From contig OZ255836.1 in assembly GCA_965277715.1 (NCBI GenBank), forward strand, positions 800,001-864,000: 64,000 nt of DNA, written 5' to 3'. Within the stretch, counting starts at the first letter, position 1, and every line of letters begins with the position of its first letter. Under the pieces are notes generated by a model. The model saw only the letters and a list, made by a program, of their open reading frames with translations. It was not told the DNA's origin and did no database searches. This DNA is from Gammaproteobacteria bacterium. Its GTDB lineage: Bacteria; Pseudomonadota; Gammaproteobacteria; JBCCGL01. Shown here piece after piece: positions 1 to 11,100 of the stretch. The translations under genes and the position numbers were made by a program.

Positions 1-445
1 CTCGATTGTCGAATTTTTGTTTAGCCCTGCGGAATTATTCAGCAACTTTACCGCCGGTTTATTGTGCCTGGCGTTGTTTGAGGGCGCCTATATCACCGAG
101 ATTGTACGGGCCGGTATCCAATCGATAGATAAAGGCCAATGGGAGGCATCCCGTGCGATTGGCTTAACGCGTTTTAATATACTGCGCGATGTTATTTTAC
201 CGCAGGCATTAAAAAAGATTTTGCCGCCGCTGGCGGGCCAGTTTATTACGCTGGTAAAAGACTCCAGTATCGTTTCATTAATTTCAATCCAGGAACTGAC
301 ATTTCTTACCCAGGATGTCGCCAATACCACGACACAGTTTTTTGAAGCCTGGATTTTGACCGGGTTTCTATATTTTATTGTTTGTTATCCGCTGGCCCTT
401 TTGTTTGGGCGATTGGAGCGAAAACTTAAACGGGCGCCGGGGTAG
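1..445 (+). CDS. Polar amino acid ABC transporter permease, 5'-truncated by window edge
   Basis: EAA loop (AYITEIVRAGIQSIDKGQWEASRAIGL), LVKDSSIVSLI; frame is open back to the window start. Confidence 0.9.
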   Translation, partial: SIVEFLFSPAELFSNFTAGLLCLALFEGAYITEIVRAGIQSIDKGQWEASRAIGLTRFNILRDVILPQALKKILPPLAGQFITLVKDSSIVSLISIQELTFLTQDVANTTTQFFEAWILTGFLYFIVCYPLALLFGRLERKLKRAPG

Positions 446-488
446 TTTTGAAGGGTGAAGGGTGAGTGGTGACGAATTGGGGAATTGT

Positions 489-1286
489 ATGAGTGATGTT
501 GATAAGCACGGTGCGCCGAGTGGTTCGCCTAATGGTTTGTCTAAAAATGGCTCGCCTATATTGCAGCTCGAAGGTGTGGGTAAGTGGTTTGGCCAGTTTT
601 GTGCGCTTTGGGATATTAATCTTGAGGTGACGGCAGGTGAGAAAGTGGTTGTCTGTGGGCCTTCCGGGTCGGGGAAGTCGACGATGATCCGCTGCGTTAA
701 CCGGCTCGAAGAACACCAGGCGGGGGTCATCCGCATCGATGGTGTGGTGCTGGATGAGGATATGAAAAATATCGAAACGATTCGCCGTGAAGTCGGGATG
801 GTTTTTCAGCATTTTAATCTGTTTCCCCATTTGACTATTTTGCAAAACCTTACCCTGGGGCCGATACGCAATTTGAATCAGTCCCGGCAGGAAGCGGAGT
901 CGGTTGCCATGGAGTATTTAACCCTTGTCAGGATTGCCGAACAGGCACAAAAATATCCCAGCCAACTGTCCGGGGGGCAGCAACAGCGGGTGGCGATTGC
1001 GCGCGCGCTGTGTATGCGCCCCAAGATTATGTTATTTGACGAACCGACTTCGGCGCTCGACCCCGAAATGATTTCCGGGGTACTCGATGTGATGGTCGAG
1101 CTGGCGAAGGAGGGCATGACAATGGTGTGTGTCACCCATGAAATGGGGTTTGCCAAGGAAGTGGCCGATACCATGGTGTTTATGGATCACGGCGAAATTA
1201 TCGAGGTGGCACCGCCGGGCGAGTTTTTCTCGAACCCCAAAAATGATCGCACGCAATTGTTTTTGAGCCAGATTCTGTCGCATTGA
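489..1286 (+). CDS. Polar amino acid ABC transporter ATP-binding protein (GlnQ/AapP family)
   Basis: Walker [17 protein letters not shown] signature, [11 protein letters not shown]; ATG 489 preferred over GTG 462. Confidence 0.93.
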   Translation: MSDVDKHGAPSGSPNGLSKNGSPILQLEGVGKWFGQFCALWDINLEVTAGEKVVVCGPSGSGKSTMIRCVNRLEEHQAGVIRIDGVVLDEDMKNIETIRREVGMVFQHFNLFPHLTILQNLTLGPIRNLNQSRQEAESVAMEYLTLVRIAEQAQKYPSQLSGGQQQRVAIARALCMRPKIMLFDEPTSALDPEMISGVLDVMVELAKEGMTMVCVTHEMGFAKEVADTMVFMDHGEIIEVAPPGEFFSNPKNDRTQLFLSQILSH

Positions 1287-1410
1287 TAAAGCAGTGTTTT
1301 TATATCGATAACGTAAGCGTATACGAATAAGTAATAATGTCATTTGAATTTATATTTACGCTGTAGTGTGATGGCATTTCGTAGAAACTGAACAACCGAT
1401 ATTACTTTCC

Positions 1411-2664
1411 ATGCAACGTTATTCACTCTTTAGTCTGCTGCGCAATGCGGTTAACCATCACCGTGGCTGGCAGCGGGCGTGGCGTTCACCTGAGATAAAC
1501 CGTGAATACGACGTGGTGATTATCGGTGGCGGTGGGCACGGTCTTGCCAGTGCTTATTACCTGGCAAAAAACCACGGTATTAATAATATTGCGGTTATCG
1601 AAAAAGGCTGGCTGGGCGGTGGTAATACCGGGCGTAATACCGCTGTGATTCGCTCAAACTATCTGCGTGACGCCAGTATTAAATTTTTTGAAAAATCAGT
1701 TCAGCTCTACGAAACCCTGGGTCGCGAATTAAACTACAACATCATGTTCAGCCAGCGCAGTGAAGTCGATGTATTAATGACCTCGGCGAGTATGCGCGCC
1801 ATGCGCCGCCGCGCTTACAATACCGATTTACACGGTGTCGATTTTGATATTCTCTCGGCACAGGAAGTGCGCCGCCGCATCCCGATACTGGCACCGCTGG
1901 ATAACAGCCGGTTGTCGATTGTCGGCGGGACAGTGCAGGAGCGCGCCGGGATTGCCCGTCACGACGCCATCGCCTGGGGGTATGCGCGGGCGGCGGATGC
2001 ACACGGCGTGCATATTCATCAAAACACCGAAGTCATCGCCATCCGCCGGGGCGAACGCGGCGAGGTTAACGCCGTAGAGACCAATCGCGGGGTCATTAAA
2101 GCGAAAAAAGTGGCTATCGTGACCGGCGGTAATAACTACACTGTCGCGAAAATGGCGGGGCTTAAACTGCCCCTTAAAACCTACAACTTGCAGGCCTTTG
2201 TCTCCGAGCCGATTAAACCGGTGCTCGATGTCGTGGTGAACTGCCCCGATTTGGGTGTGTACCTCAGTCACTCAGACAAAGGGGAGCTGGTTATCGGCGG
2301 TGCCACCGACACACAACAGCAGTCCTATCGGCAGGGCGGCAAACTGCCGGTATTTGAGGATGCCGTTGCCGGTTTGTTGGAACTGTTTCCCACCTTTCGG
2401 CGCTTGAAACTACTGCGCCAGTGGGGCGGGGCGCTGGAATTTGCCCAAGACGCCAGCCCGATTGTCTCCACTACCGATATACCCGGCCTGTACGTCAGTG
2501 CCGGTTGGTGGGGGGGGTTTAAAGGCATTCCCGCCGGGGGTTACACGTTTGCCCACACCATCGCGCACAACGCACCCCACCCACTGAATGAACGCTACCG
2601 GCTCGACCGCTTTAAATCCCTGGACTACCTGCTCGAAGCGGGTACAACCGTGCCTAACCGGTAG
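1411..2664 (+). CDS. soxB: Heterotetrameric sarcosine oxidase family, beta subunit
   Basis: GGGGHG FAD motif, GGGNTGRNT, ARHDAIAWGYARAAD; first gene of a soxBDAG order. Confidence 0.88.
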   Translation: MQRYSLFSLLRNAVNHHRGWQRAWRSPEINREYDVVIIGGGGHGLASAYYLAKNHGINNIAVIEKGWLGGGNTGRNTAVIRSNYLRDASIKFFEKSVQLYETLGRELNYNIMFSQRSEVDVLMTSASMRAMRRRAYNTDLHGVDFDILSAQEVRRRIPILAPLDNSRLSIVGGTVQERAGIARHDAIAWGYARAADAHGVHIHQNTEVIAIRRGERGEVNAVETNRGVIKAKKVAIVTGGNNYTVAKMAGLKLPLKTYNLQAFVSEPIKPVLDVVVNCPDLGVYLSHSDKGELVIGGATDTQQQSYRQGGKLPVFEDAVAGLLELFPTFRRLKLLRQWGGALEFAQDASPIVSTTDIPGLYVSAGWWGGFKGIPAGGYTFAHTIAHNAPHPLNERYRLDRFKSLDYLLEAGTTVPNR

Positions 2665-2686
2665 GCTTGGATAGGGAGACTAAACG

Positions 2687-2935
2687 ATGTTGTTAATTCC
2701 CTGCCCCTGGTGTGGTGACCGTTCTGAAACAGAGTTTCGCTGCGGCGGTGAAGCCAAAGGCCCACGCCCCGACCCTGGCGATTACAGCGATCAACAGTGG
2801 GTCGATTATCTATGTGATGGCGGTAACCCGCGTGGTGTACTGGAGGAGATCTGGTGCCACGAGAAGGGCTGTGGCGAGTGGTTTCATTTGCACCGCAATA
2901 CATTAACCCATGCTATCGATAGCATTAAACCATGA
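2687..2935 (+). CDS. soxD: Sarcosine oxidase delta subunit
   Basis: MLLIPCPWCGDRSETEF and WCHEKGC zinc ligands. Confidence 0.9.
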   Translation: MLLIPCPWCGDRSETEFRCGGEAKGPRPDPGDYSDQQWVDYLCDGGNPRGVLEEIWCHEKGCGEWFHLHRNTLTHAIDSIKP

Positions 2936-5916
2936 CGACACAGGTAAACCGACTGCGCAGTGGCGGCCTGATCGACCGCAGTAAACCCATCGCGTTCACC
3001 TTTAATGGCCAACGCTTACAGGGCTTTGCCGGTGATACCCTGGCCTCGGCGCTGTTGGCAAACGGTATTGGCGTAATCTCCAGGAGTTTTAAATACCACC
3101 GGCGTCGCGGTATCCAGGGGGCAGGCGTTGAGGATGCCACCTCGATAGTACAAGTGTGCGGTGACAACGATGCGCCGAATATCCTCGCCACCCAGCAGCC
3201 CCTGTACGAGGGCCTGCAGGCGCGCAGCGTCAATTGCTGGCCCGGCGTTAATGTCGATTTTGGCGCTGTTATCCAGCTCGGCTCGGCATTGTTACCCTCT
3301 GGTTTTTACTACAAAACATTTATGTGGCCGCACTGGCACGCGTTTGAGCCATTTATTCGCAAGGCAGCGGGCTTTGGCACCGCCCCGCAAAACGTAGCCG
3401 GGAAACCCTATGAAAACCGCTTTGGCCATTGCGATGTATTGGTTGTCGGGGCTGGGCCGACAGGCCTCAGTGCCGCCCTGGCGGCAGCGCGCTCGGGGGC
3501 GCGGGTGTTGCTGGTGGATGAAAATCAACACCCTGGTGGCTGTCTGTTCGGGGGTGGCAACGAAATCGATGGTCTGCCAGCGATGAGCTGGGTGAGCCAG
3601 GCAATCGCAGAGCTGGATAGCTATCCCAACCTTGAACGCGTGAGCAATGCCACCGTGTGGGGTTACCATGAGGGCAATTTACTCACCCTGATCGAACGCT
3701 CACCACAACCGGCTGCGCTGGCGCAACGCAACCGGCGCGTATGGGCAAAGCGGGTAGTGCTGGCCAGCGGCGCAATCGAACGCCCGATTATTTTTGAAAA
3801 CAATGATCTGCCGGGCATCATGTTCAGCTCGGCAGTGCAGACGTATATCGGGCGGTATGCGGTATCGCCCGGTGAGCGTGCCGTGCTGTTTACCAATAAC
3901 GACTGCGCCTATGCGGCGATACCGGCCATGCACCGGGCCGGGATGACACTGGTGGCTGTAGTCGATGTGCGGGAAACGGTTGCAGCGCCGTTGCAGGCGC
4001 TTGTCGAAGAAGTCGGTGGGTCACTTTATACCCGGCATGCAGTCAGTAAAGCCTATGGTAGAAAACGCGTTAGCCGGGTGCGTATCACCGCCTTAACAAC
4101 ACCCTGTGAACAGATGCTCGACTGCGATTTGTTGTGTGTCTCCGGCGGTTGGAACCCGGCGGTGCACTTGCATTCACAAGCGCGTGGCAGCCTGCGGTTT
4201 GACGACACACTGGCCTGTTTCCGCCCGGATAAAATAGCCCAGTCGAATAGCTCAGCAGGCGGTGCCAACGGTGATTTCAGCCTTGAACACTGTGTGCAAA
4301 CCGGCTATGCCGCCGGAGTTGATGCGGCCCAATACAGCGGGTTTGACGGCAATGGCCAGAATTGTAATAGCCAGGATTACAATAACCGGGTACCAACCGT
4401 CACCAGCACGGGTATTGACAGCTACGCTATCCAGCCATTTTGGTGTGTGCAGCGTGACGACAAACGCTGCAAAGCCTTTGCCGATCTGGCGGGCGATGTG
4501 ACCGTCGCCGATTTACACCTGGCGGTACGCGAGGGCTACAGTGAAATCGAACACCTTAAGCGTTATACCACCGTGGGCATGGGCTTCGACCAGGGCAAAA
4601 CGGCCAACGTCAATACCATTGGCATTATTGCCGAACTTGCCGGTAAAGCGCTGCCTGAGGTCGGCACCACAACATTTCGCCCACCTTATTCACTGGTGGA
4701 GTTTGGGGCGATTGCCGGTAGTCGCAATGGCCTCTCAGTGTTGCCGTACCGGCATACCGCGATGACCACTGCCCACAAAGCCGCCGGGGCAGTGATGTTT
4801 GAAGCGGGCGCCCGTTGGCAGCGCCCCAGTTACTACCCCACCGCACCTGATGAAACCCTGCAGCAGGCTATGTACCGGGAAAGCCGCGCCGTGCGCGAGC
4901 GGGTGGCGATGTACGATGGCTCACCGCTGGGTAAATTTGAGTTAAAAGGCCCGGATGTCGTTGCGTTGCTTAACCTGGTTTACACCAATAACTGGGATAA
5001 CCTGGCGATTGGCCAGGGGCGCTACGCCCTGATGTTAAGTGAAGACGGTTTACTGTTTGACGACGGCGTTACCTTTCGTATTGACGCCACCCGCTACCTC
5101 ATGTCCGGTGCCACTGGCAATGCTCTGGCGTTACAGGCGAAGCTGGAGCGCCTGCTCAATGTTGAACGCGCTGATTTGCGGGTATTGGTCACACCGGTCA
5201 CCAGCCAATGGGCCAATGTGACGGTATGTGGCCCGCTGGCGCGTGATGTACTGGCGTCAATGGGTACAGATATTGACCTGTCACCGGCGGCATTCCCGTT
5301 TATGAGCTGTCGTGAGGGGCTGTTAGCGGGCCTGGCGGTGCGTATTTTCCGTGTCAGCTTCACCGGCGAGCTGAGTTTTGAAATCAACGTGCCGCGCCGT
5401 TATGGTGAAACCCTGTGGCACGCGGTCGCGGCGGCGGGGGCGGCGCATGGGATTTGCCCTATTGGCTCAGAGGCCAATCATCTGCTGCGGATTGAAAAGG
5501 GCTTTATATCCTTTGGTCACGAGGTGGATGGTGTCGTCGATCCCTACGACCTGGGCCTCGGTTGGTTAGTCCCGAAAACAAAAACAGACTTTATCGGCCA
5601 GCGTGCGATGGCGATACGCCGCGCCGGAAAACCACTGCGCCAGGAGCTGGTTGGCCTGTTGACGGAAAACCCCGATGAAGTGATCGCCGAAGGTGCGCCG
5701 ATTACTGTTGAGGGTGCCGCGATGGATTCCGAGGGGTTTGTCTCCGCTGCTATCTGGAGCGTGGTCAGGCAACGTTCGATTGCCTTGGGCTTGCTGAACA
5801 ATGGCCGGGCGCGCCACGGTGAAACGGTTTATGCACGGGTTAAAGGAAAAATCATCCCCGCTGTTGTTACCGCGCCGGTTTTTTACGATCCGTCCGGTGA
5901 ACGTTTGAGGATGTGA
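2932..5916 (+). CDS. soxA: Sarcosine oxidase alpha subunit
   Basis: GDTLASALLANG, RSFKYHR, GAGPTG Rossmann motif, HLKRYTT, C-terminal GcvT-like folate domain; 4-bp overlap with soxD. Confidence 0.92.
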   Translation: MTTQVNRLRSGGLIDRSKPIAFTFNGQRLQGFAGDTLASALLANGIGVISRSFKYHRRRGIQGAGVEDATSIVQVCGDNDAPNILATQQPLYEGLQARSVNCWPGVNVDFGAVIQLGSALLPSGFYYKTFMWPHWHAFEPFIRKAAGFGTAPQNVAGKPYENRFGHCDVLVVGAGPTGLSAALAAARSGARVLLVDENQHPGGCLFGGGNEIDGLPAMSWVSQAIAELDSYPNLERVSNATVWGYHEGNLLTLIERSPQPAALAQRNRRVWAKRVVLASGAIERPIIFENNDLPGIMFSSAVQTYIGRYAVSPGERAVLFTNNDCAYAAIPAMHRAGMTLVAVVDVRETVAAPLQALVEEVGGSLYTRHAVSKAYGRKRVSRVRITALTTPCEQMLDCDLLCVSGGWNPAVHLHSQARGSLRFDDTLACFRPDKIAQSNSSAGGANGDFSLEHCVQTGYAAGVDAAQYSGFDGNGQNCNSQDYNNRVPTVTSTGIDSYAIQPFWCVQRDDKRCKAFADLAGDVTVADLHLAVREGYSEIEHLKRYTTVGMGFDQGKTANVNTIGIIAELAGKALPEVGTTTFRPPYSLVEFGAIAGSRNGLSVLPYRHTAMTTAHKAAGAVMFEAGARWQRPSYYPTAPDETLQQAMYRESRAVRERVAMYDGSPLGKFELKGPDVVALLNLVYTNNWDNLAIGQGRYALMLSEDGLLFDDGVTFRIDATRYLMSGATGNALALQAKLERLLNVERADLRVLVTPVTSQWANVTVCGPLARDVLASMGTDIDLSPAAFPFMSCREGLLAGLAVRIFRVSFTGELSFEINVPRRYGETLWHAVAAAGAAHGICPIGSEANHLLRIEKGFISFGHEVDGVVDPYDLGLGWLVPKTKTDFIGQRAMAIRRAGKPLRQELVGLLTENPDEVIAEGAPITVEGAAMDSEGFVSAAIWSVVRQRSIALGLLNNGRARHGETVYARVKGKIIPAVVTAPVFYDPSGERLRM

Positions 5917-6425
5917 TGACTTATCGGGTAACTATAGAACCCCTTGTGCTGAGTGCCCTGTTCGATGTGCGCGGTGACCGGGAAAGCCTGGCAGCGCTCT
6001 TTAGTGCGGTCGATCTACCATTGCCGGAAACCGTAAATAGCGTATTGCAAACAGCCTCTACCCGCGTATTGCGGGTCGGCCCCAGGCGTTGCCTGATTCA
6101 GGCTGACATAGAAAACGAAGCGGCTTTGCAAGTGACACTCAAAGGGGCGAGTGAACCACTGTTCGCCAATGCCACCTGTGTATCGGATATGTACCACGCC
6201 CTGCGGATACGGGGTGAAGATGCCGCCGATGTGCTGGCACAGATTACCCCACTGGATTTTTGCCGTTTAGGCCCAGGCTCGGCAACCGCGTGTGAATTGT
6301 TTACCACGGCGGGTTTTCTGTTCAAAAACGCCGAACAGGATTTTACCCTCTACTTTGATAGCAGTTATTTCGACTACGCCTTACAGCGGGTTAAAAAATG
6401 TGCATTGGTCTATATCGATGAATGA
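5913..6425 (+). CDS. soxG: Sarcosine oxidase gamma subunit
   Basis: Position after soxA, 170 aa, short GcvT-like fold (LRIRGEDAADVL). Confidence 0.75.
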   Translation: MMTYRVTIEPLVLSALFDVRGDRESLAALFSAVDLPLPETVNSVLQTASTRVLRVGPRRCLIQADIENEAALQVTLKGASEPLFANATCVSDMYHALRIRGEDAADVLAQITPLDFCRLGPGSATACELFTTAGFLFKNAEQDFTLYFDSSYFDYALQRVKKCALVYIDE

Positions 6426-7458
6426 AGAGAAATCCTTATTCCTAAAAAACACCTGGTATGTTGTTGCGCATAGCAACGCGATTAACCGCACACTCAAAGC
6501 GTTGAAAATCCTGGGTGAAAACATCGTATTTTACCGGGATACGCAAGGCAAACCAGTAGCCCTGGAAGATGCCTGCCCGCACCGCAAGCTGCCGTTATCG
6601 ATGGGGGCTTTGCAGGGGGATACGGTGCAGTGCGGTTACCACGGGCTGACTTTTGATTGCAGCGGTAGCTGTGTGAATGCACCCACGCAAAACAAAATTC
6701 CGGTCAATGCCAGAGTGCGCAGCTACCCGGTTGTCGACAAATATAAACTGCTGTGGATATGGATGGGGGATACGGCACAGGTCGATGAAAATAAAATCCT
6801 GCACGTACCGGATTACGATGACCCCACCTGGGGGTTGACCGATGGCGGCATGTTGCAATGTCAGTGTCACTACTTATATTTGATGGACAACCTGCTCGAC
6901 CCATCACACGTCGCCTGGGTTCACGCCACCTCATTTGCCTCAGAAGGCACCGAGAATTCCCCACTGGATATTGTCGGGGATGAGGCAGGTGTGACTGTCT
7001 CACGCTGGATAAAGGACATCCTACCACCGCCTTATTACGCCGATAGGCTGACGTTCAAAGGCAAAACAGACCGCTTACAATACTACCAGGCCGTCCTGCC
7101 CTCGACGGCAATCAACATGAGCACCTACACCCCCAGCGGCACAGGTGGGGCTGAGCGGGTACTCCCGGCTAACGCATACTGTATGCGCTCCTACCACTTT
7201 CTGACGCCAATAGATGAAAACAACACCCGCTACCACTGGTTTCAGCATTTCAACACCGATACAGACAACCCTGCGGTTAAGGAAAAACTTAACGAAGGTG
7301 CCCGCGCCGCTTTTGAAGAGGATCGTGTCGTGCTCGAAGCGGTGCACCGTGGTATGCACGGTAAACAAACACCTAATATCGACTTGCGACTGGATGCGGG
7401 GGCACGCATTTTCCGTAAAAAACTAAAGGGGTTATTAGCAAGCGAAGCGGTTGATTAA
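6418..7458 (+). CDS. Rieske non-heme iron oxygenase alpha subunit (VanA-like demethylase family)
   Basis: CPHR...CGYHG Rieske motif, DNLLDPSHVAWVH iron site, FEEDR; ATG 6418 overlaps soxG end. Confidence 0.88.
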   Translation: MNEEKSLFLKNTWYVVAHSNAINRTLKALKILGENIVFYRDTQGKPVALEDACPHRKLPLSMGALQGDTVQCGYHGLTFDCSGSCVNAPTQNKIPVNARVRSYPVVDKYKLLWIWMGDTAQVDENKILHVPDYDDPTWGLTDGGMLQCQCHYLYLMDNLLDPSHVAWVHATSFASEGTENSPLDIVGDEAGVTVSRWIKDILPPPYYADRLTFKGKTDRLQYYQAVLPSTAINMSTYTPSGTGGAERVLPANAYCMRSYHFLTPIDENNTRYHWFQHFNTDTDNPAVKEKLNEGARAAFEEDRVVLEAVHRGMHGKQTPNIDLRLDAGARIFRKKLKGLLASEAVD

Positions 7459-7832
7459 TCAAACGGTGGCACCCGTGCAATAAAATGTCCTTTGATACCC
7501 TGTGGCCAGGTTTTGTAGGGCACCTGCCCGGTTTCTGACTGTAGGTATTTTTCAAAATAATCGACTATCGCCCCGGCACTTTCGTCGTTTGGGGCGAACC
7601 CCCCCGTGACATAACAGATCTTGCCAGCCGCACGAAAGTGTAAATTACAGTGATGGTCACACCCCATCAGGCAGCGCGTGGTGCGAATCTCGAAGGCGTC
7701 GGCATATGGGCTGTCTGCTGCCAGTGAGGCGATTTTATCGTGCAGTACCTGGCCACCGCTTTGGCCGTGTTCATTCAGCGCTTCCGCCTCGCTGAAGCGG
7801 CACGTCTCGCATACATAAATACAGGGTTTCAC
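7455..7832 (-). CDS. DUF1636-family metal-binding protein
   Basis: VCETCR...CLMGC..HC thioredoxin-like pattern, C-terminal ARVPP. Confidence 0.75.
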   Translation of the reverse strand: MKPCIYVCETCRFSEAEALNEHGQSGGQVLHDKIASLAADSPYADAFEIRTTRCLMGCDHHCNLHFRAAGKICYVTGGFAPNDESAGAIVDYFEKYLQSETGQVPYKTWPQGIKGHFIARVPPFD

Positions 7833-8104
7833 TCATGCTCCGCAGGTAATGTCTGGATATTGATGGTAACCGTGGCGCCGTTGTTAGTACAACATACAAT
7901 TATTCGGTCTGAATGAAGACCGCTATTGTCGGAGCATTCTGTTTTATTGTGGAAAACTGGATGTGGCGCCAGGTTTCTGAGCAGTATTTCACAATAATTG
8001 ATGTCTTCTCCGTTTTTTGAGAACTTGCATTTACAGCACCGAAAAATTAGGCTAGCTTGCCGGGTAATTGATATTTTTTAAACGCTATTGCTGCCGGAAT
8101 ATAT

Positions 8105-11100
8105 ATGATGTCTAAAAAATCCTATTTCCTTCTCGTCTGCCTTTTTCTGACAAGCTTCAGTATCAGTGCGTTTGCAACCATACCCACCGTTCACAATACC
8201 AATGAAACCTATTATACCAATAACACGGGTCAAAATACGGTCGATGGATTTACCATTAGCCTTACCTCACCTGGCAATATCGCAAGGTATTCCGGGGAGA
8301 GCAGTGGATTCACCAGGGCTTTGGCAATAGAAAGTAATCCAGCAGTAACGACCCACACCTGGACATTTACGGCAGATAACTCTGACCTTGCGACGTTTAA
8401 CCTGGATCAGATTCGAGCTTTCGATTTTAGCGCCTCGGGTGCCGCGATGACTGTTGTGATTAATGCCAGTAATGGCATGTCACAGACCTTTACTACCAGT
8501 ACCTCTACTCAAAATAACCAAGCCATGCTAAATACCACGGCGGGTTTGTTTGATAGCATCAGCAGCTTCTCAGTTTCGCTGTCACTAAGTGGACGTTTGA
8601 ATAGTAATGCTTTATTGGCTGGGTTTACCATTTCCAATATTGTAGAGCCTATATTCGTTAATACGCCGCCAATCATAATCAATGCGCCCGCATCGGTAAC
8701 TGTGGTCGAAGATGTAGCGACTGATATCGGCTTATCCACCATTGTTTTTTTCGATAATGAAGCCAATCCCCTGACCACCACCTTCACTGCCGCCTCAGGC
8801 ACCTTAGCCACCGCATTGGGTAATGGCACCTTCGCAGGTGTGACTGTCAGCGGTTCGGGAACGGCTGCCCTGGTACTTGCCGGTAGCTCAGGCAACCTCA
8901 ATACCTTTTTAGACATCACGACCAATGTGCGCTATACAACGGCGCTAAACAATACAACCGCCACCAGCATTACTATCACTGGCAATGATGGCGATGGCGG
9001 TGATCTGACCACCAACCCCAGCATCACAGTTAATATCACCGCAGTGAATGATGCGCCGACGATAGCGGGTGTGCCTGCATCGGTGACCGTGGCGGAAGAT
9101 GTAGCGACGGCTATCGATTTATCTGCCAGCACCTTTGCCGATGCCGAGGACGATAGCCTGACTGTGACCTTGACCGCTGCCTCGGGCACCTTAGCCACCG
9201 TATCGGGTAATGGCGCCTCAGGCGGCGTAACTGTCAGCGGTTCGGGAACGGCCGCCCTGGTACTTGCCGGTAACCCGGCCAACCTCAATACCTTTTTAGA
9301 CACCGCGACCAATGTGCGCTATACAACGGCGCTAAACAATACAACCGCCACCAGCATTACTATCACTGGCAATGATGGCGATGGCGGTGATCTGACTACC
9401 AACCCCAGCATCACAGTTAATATCACCGCAGTGAATGATGCGCCGACGATAGCGGGTGTGCCTGCATCGGTGACCGTGGCGGAAGATGTAGCGACTGATG
9501 TCGATTTATCTGCCAGCACCTTTGCCGATGTCGAGGACGATAGCCTGACTGTGACCTTGACCGCTGCCTCGGGCACCTTAGCCACCGCATCGGGTAATGG
9601 CGTCTCAGGCGGCGTGACTGTCAGCGGTTCGGGAACGGCCGCCCTGGTACTTGCTGGTAACCCAGCCAACCTCAATACCTTTTTAGACATCACGACCAAT
9701 GTGCGCTATACAACGGCGCTAAACAATACAACCGCCACCAGCATTACTATCACTGGCAATGATGGCGATGGCGGTGATCTGACCACCAACCCCAGCATCA
9801 CAGTTAATATCACCGCAGTGAATGATGCGCCGACGATAGCGGGTGTGCCTGCATCGGTGACCGTGGCGGAAGATGTAGCGACGGCTATCGATTTATCTGC
9901 TAGCACCTTTGCCGATGTCGAGGACGATAGCCTGACTGTGACCTTGACCGCTGCCTCGGGCACCTTAGCCACCGTATCGGGTAATGGCGCCTCAGGCGGC
10001 GTAACTGTCAGCGGTTCGGGAACGGCCGCCCTGGTACTTGCCGGTAACCCGGCCAACCTCAATACCTTTTTAGACACCGCGACCAATGTGCGCTATACAA
10101 CGGCGCTAAACAATACAACCGCCACCAGCATTACTATCACTGGCAATGATGGCGATGGCGGTGATCTGACCACCAACCCCAGCATCACAGTTAATATCAC
10201 CGCAGTGAATGATGCGCCGACGATAGCGGGTGTGCCTGCATCGGTGACCGTGGCGGAAGATGTAGCGACTGATGTCGATTTATCTGCCAGCACCTTTGCC
10301 GATGTCGAGGACGATAGCCTGACTGTGACCTTGACCGCTGCCTCGGGCACCTTAGCCACCGCATCGGGTAATGGCAGCTCAGGCGGCGTAACTGTCAGCG
10401 GTTCGGGAACGGCTGCCCTGGTACTTGCCGGTAACCCGGCCAACCTCAATACCTTTTTAGACACCGCGACCAATGTGCGCTATACAACGGCGCTAAACAA
10501 TACAACCGCCACCAGCATTACTGTCACTGGCAATGATGGCAATGGCGGTGATCTGACCACCAGCCCCAGCATCACAGTTAATATCACCGCAGTGAATGAT
10601 GCGCCGACTATTGCCGGTACGCCTGCAACGGTAACTGTGGTTGAAAATGTAGCGACGGCTATCAATTTATCTTCCAGCACCTTTGCCGATGCCGAGGACG
10701 ACACCCTGACTGTGACCTTGACCGCTGCCTCGGGCACCTTAGCCATCGCATCGGGTAATGGCAGCTCAGGCGGTGTGACTGTCAGCGGTTCGGGAACGGC
10801 TGCCTTGCAGCTTGTCGGTAACCCGGCCAACCTCAATACCTTTTTAGACACCGCGACCAATGTGCGCTATACAACGGCGCTAAACAATACAACCGCCACC
10901 AGCATTACAGTCACGGGCAATGATGGCAATGGTGGCACTCTGACCACCAATCCCAGCATCGTCGTTAATATCGCCGTAGCGGAGAGCGATGTGCCGGTCT
11001 TACCCACAGATACTACGCTCACAGTGACAGCGACAGCCAATAGTTTGGCGATCAATTGGAACGCAGTGACCGATGTCAATTCAGTGATTTATGCGGTGAC

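Noticed and set aside
7833-8104. Cobalamin riboswitch upstream of the DUF1636 gene
   Set aside because: Only vague partial motifs; the conserved core is not recognisable.
8509-11079. Series of 126-aa minus-strand ORFs
   Set aside because: Antisense shadows of the adhesin repeats.
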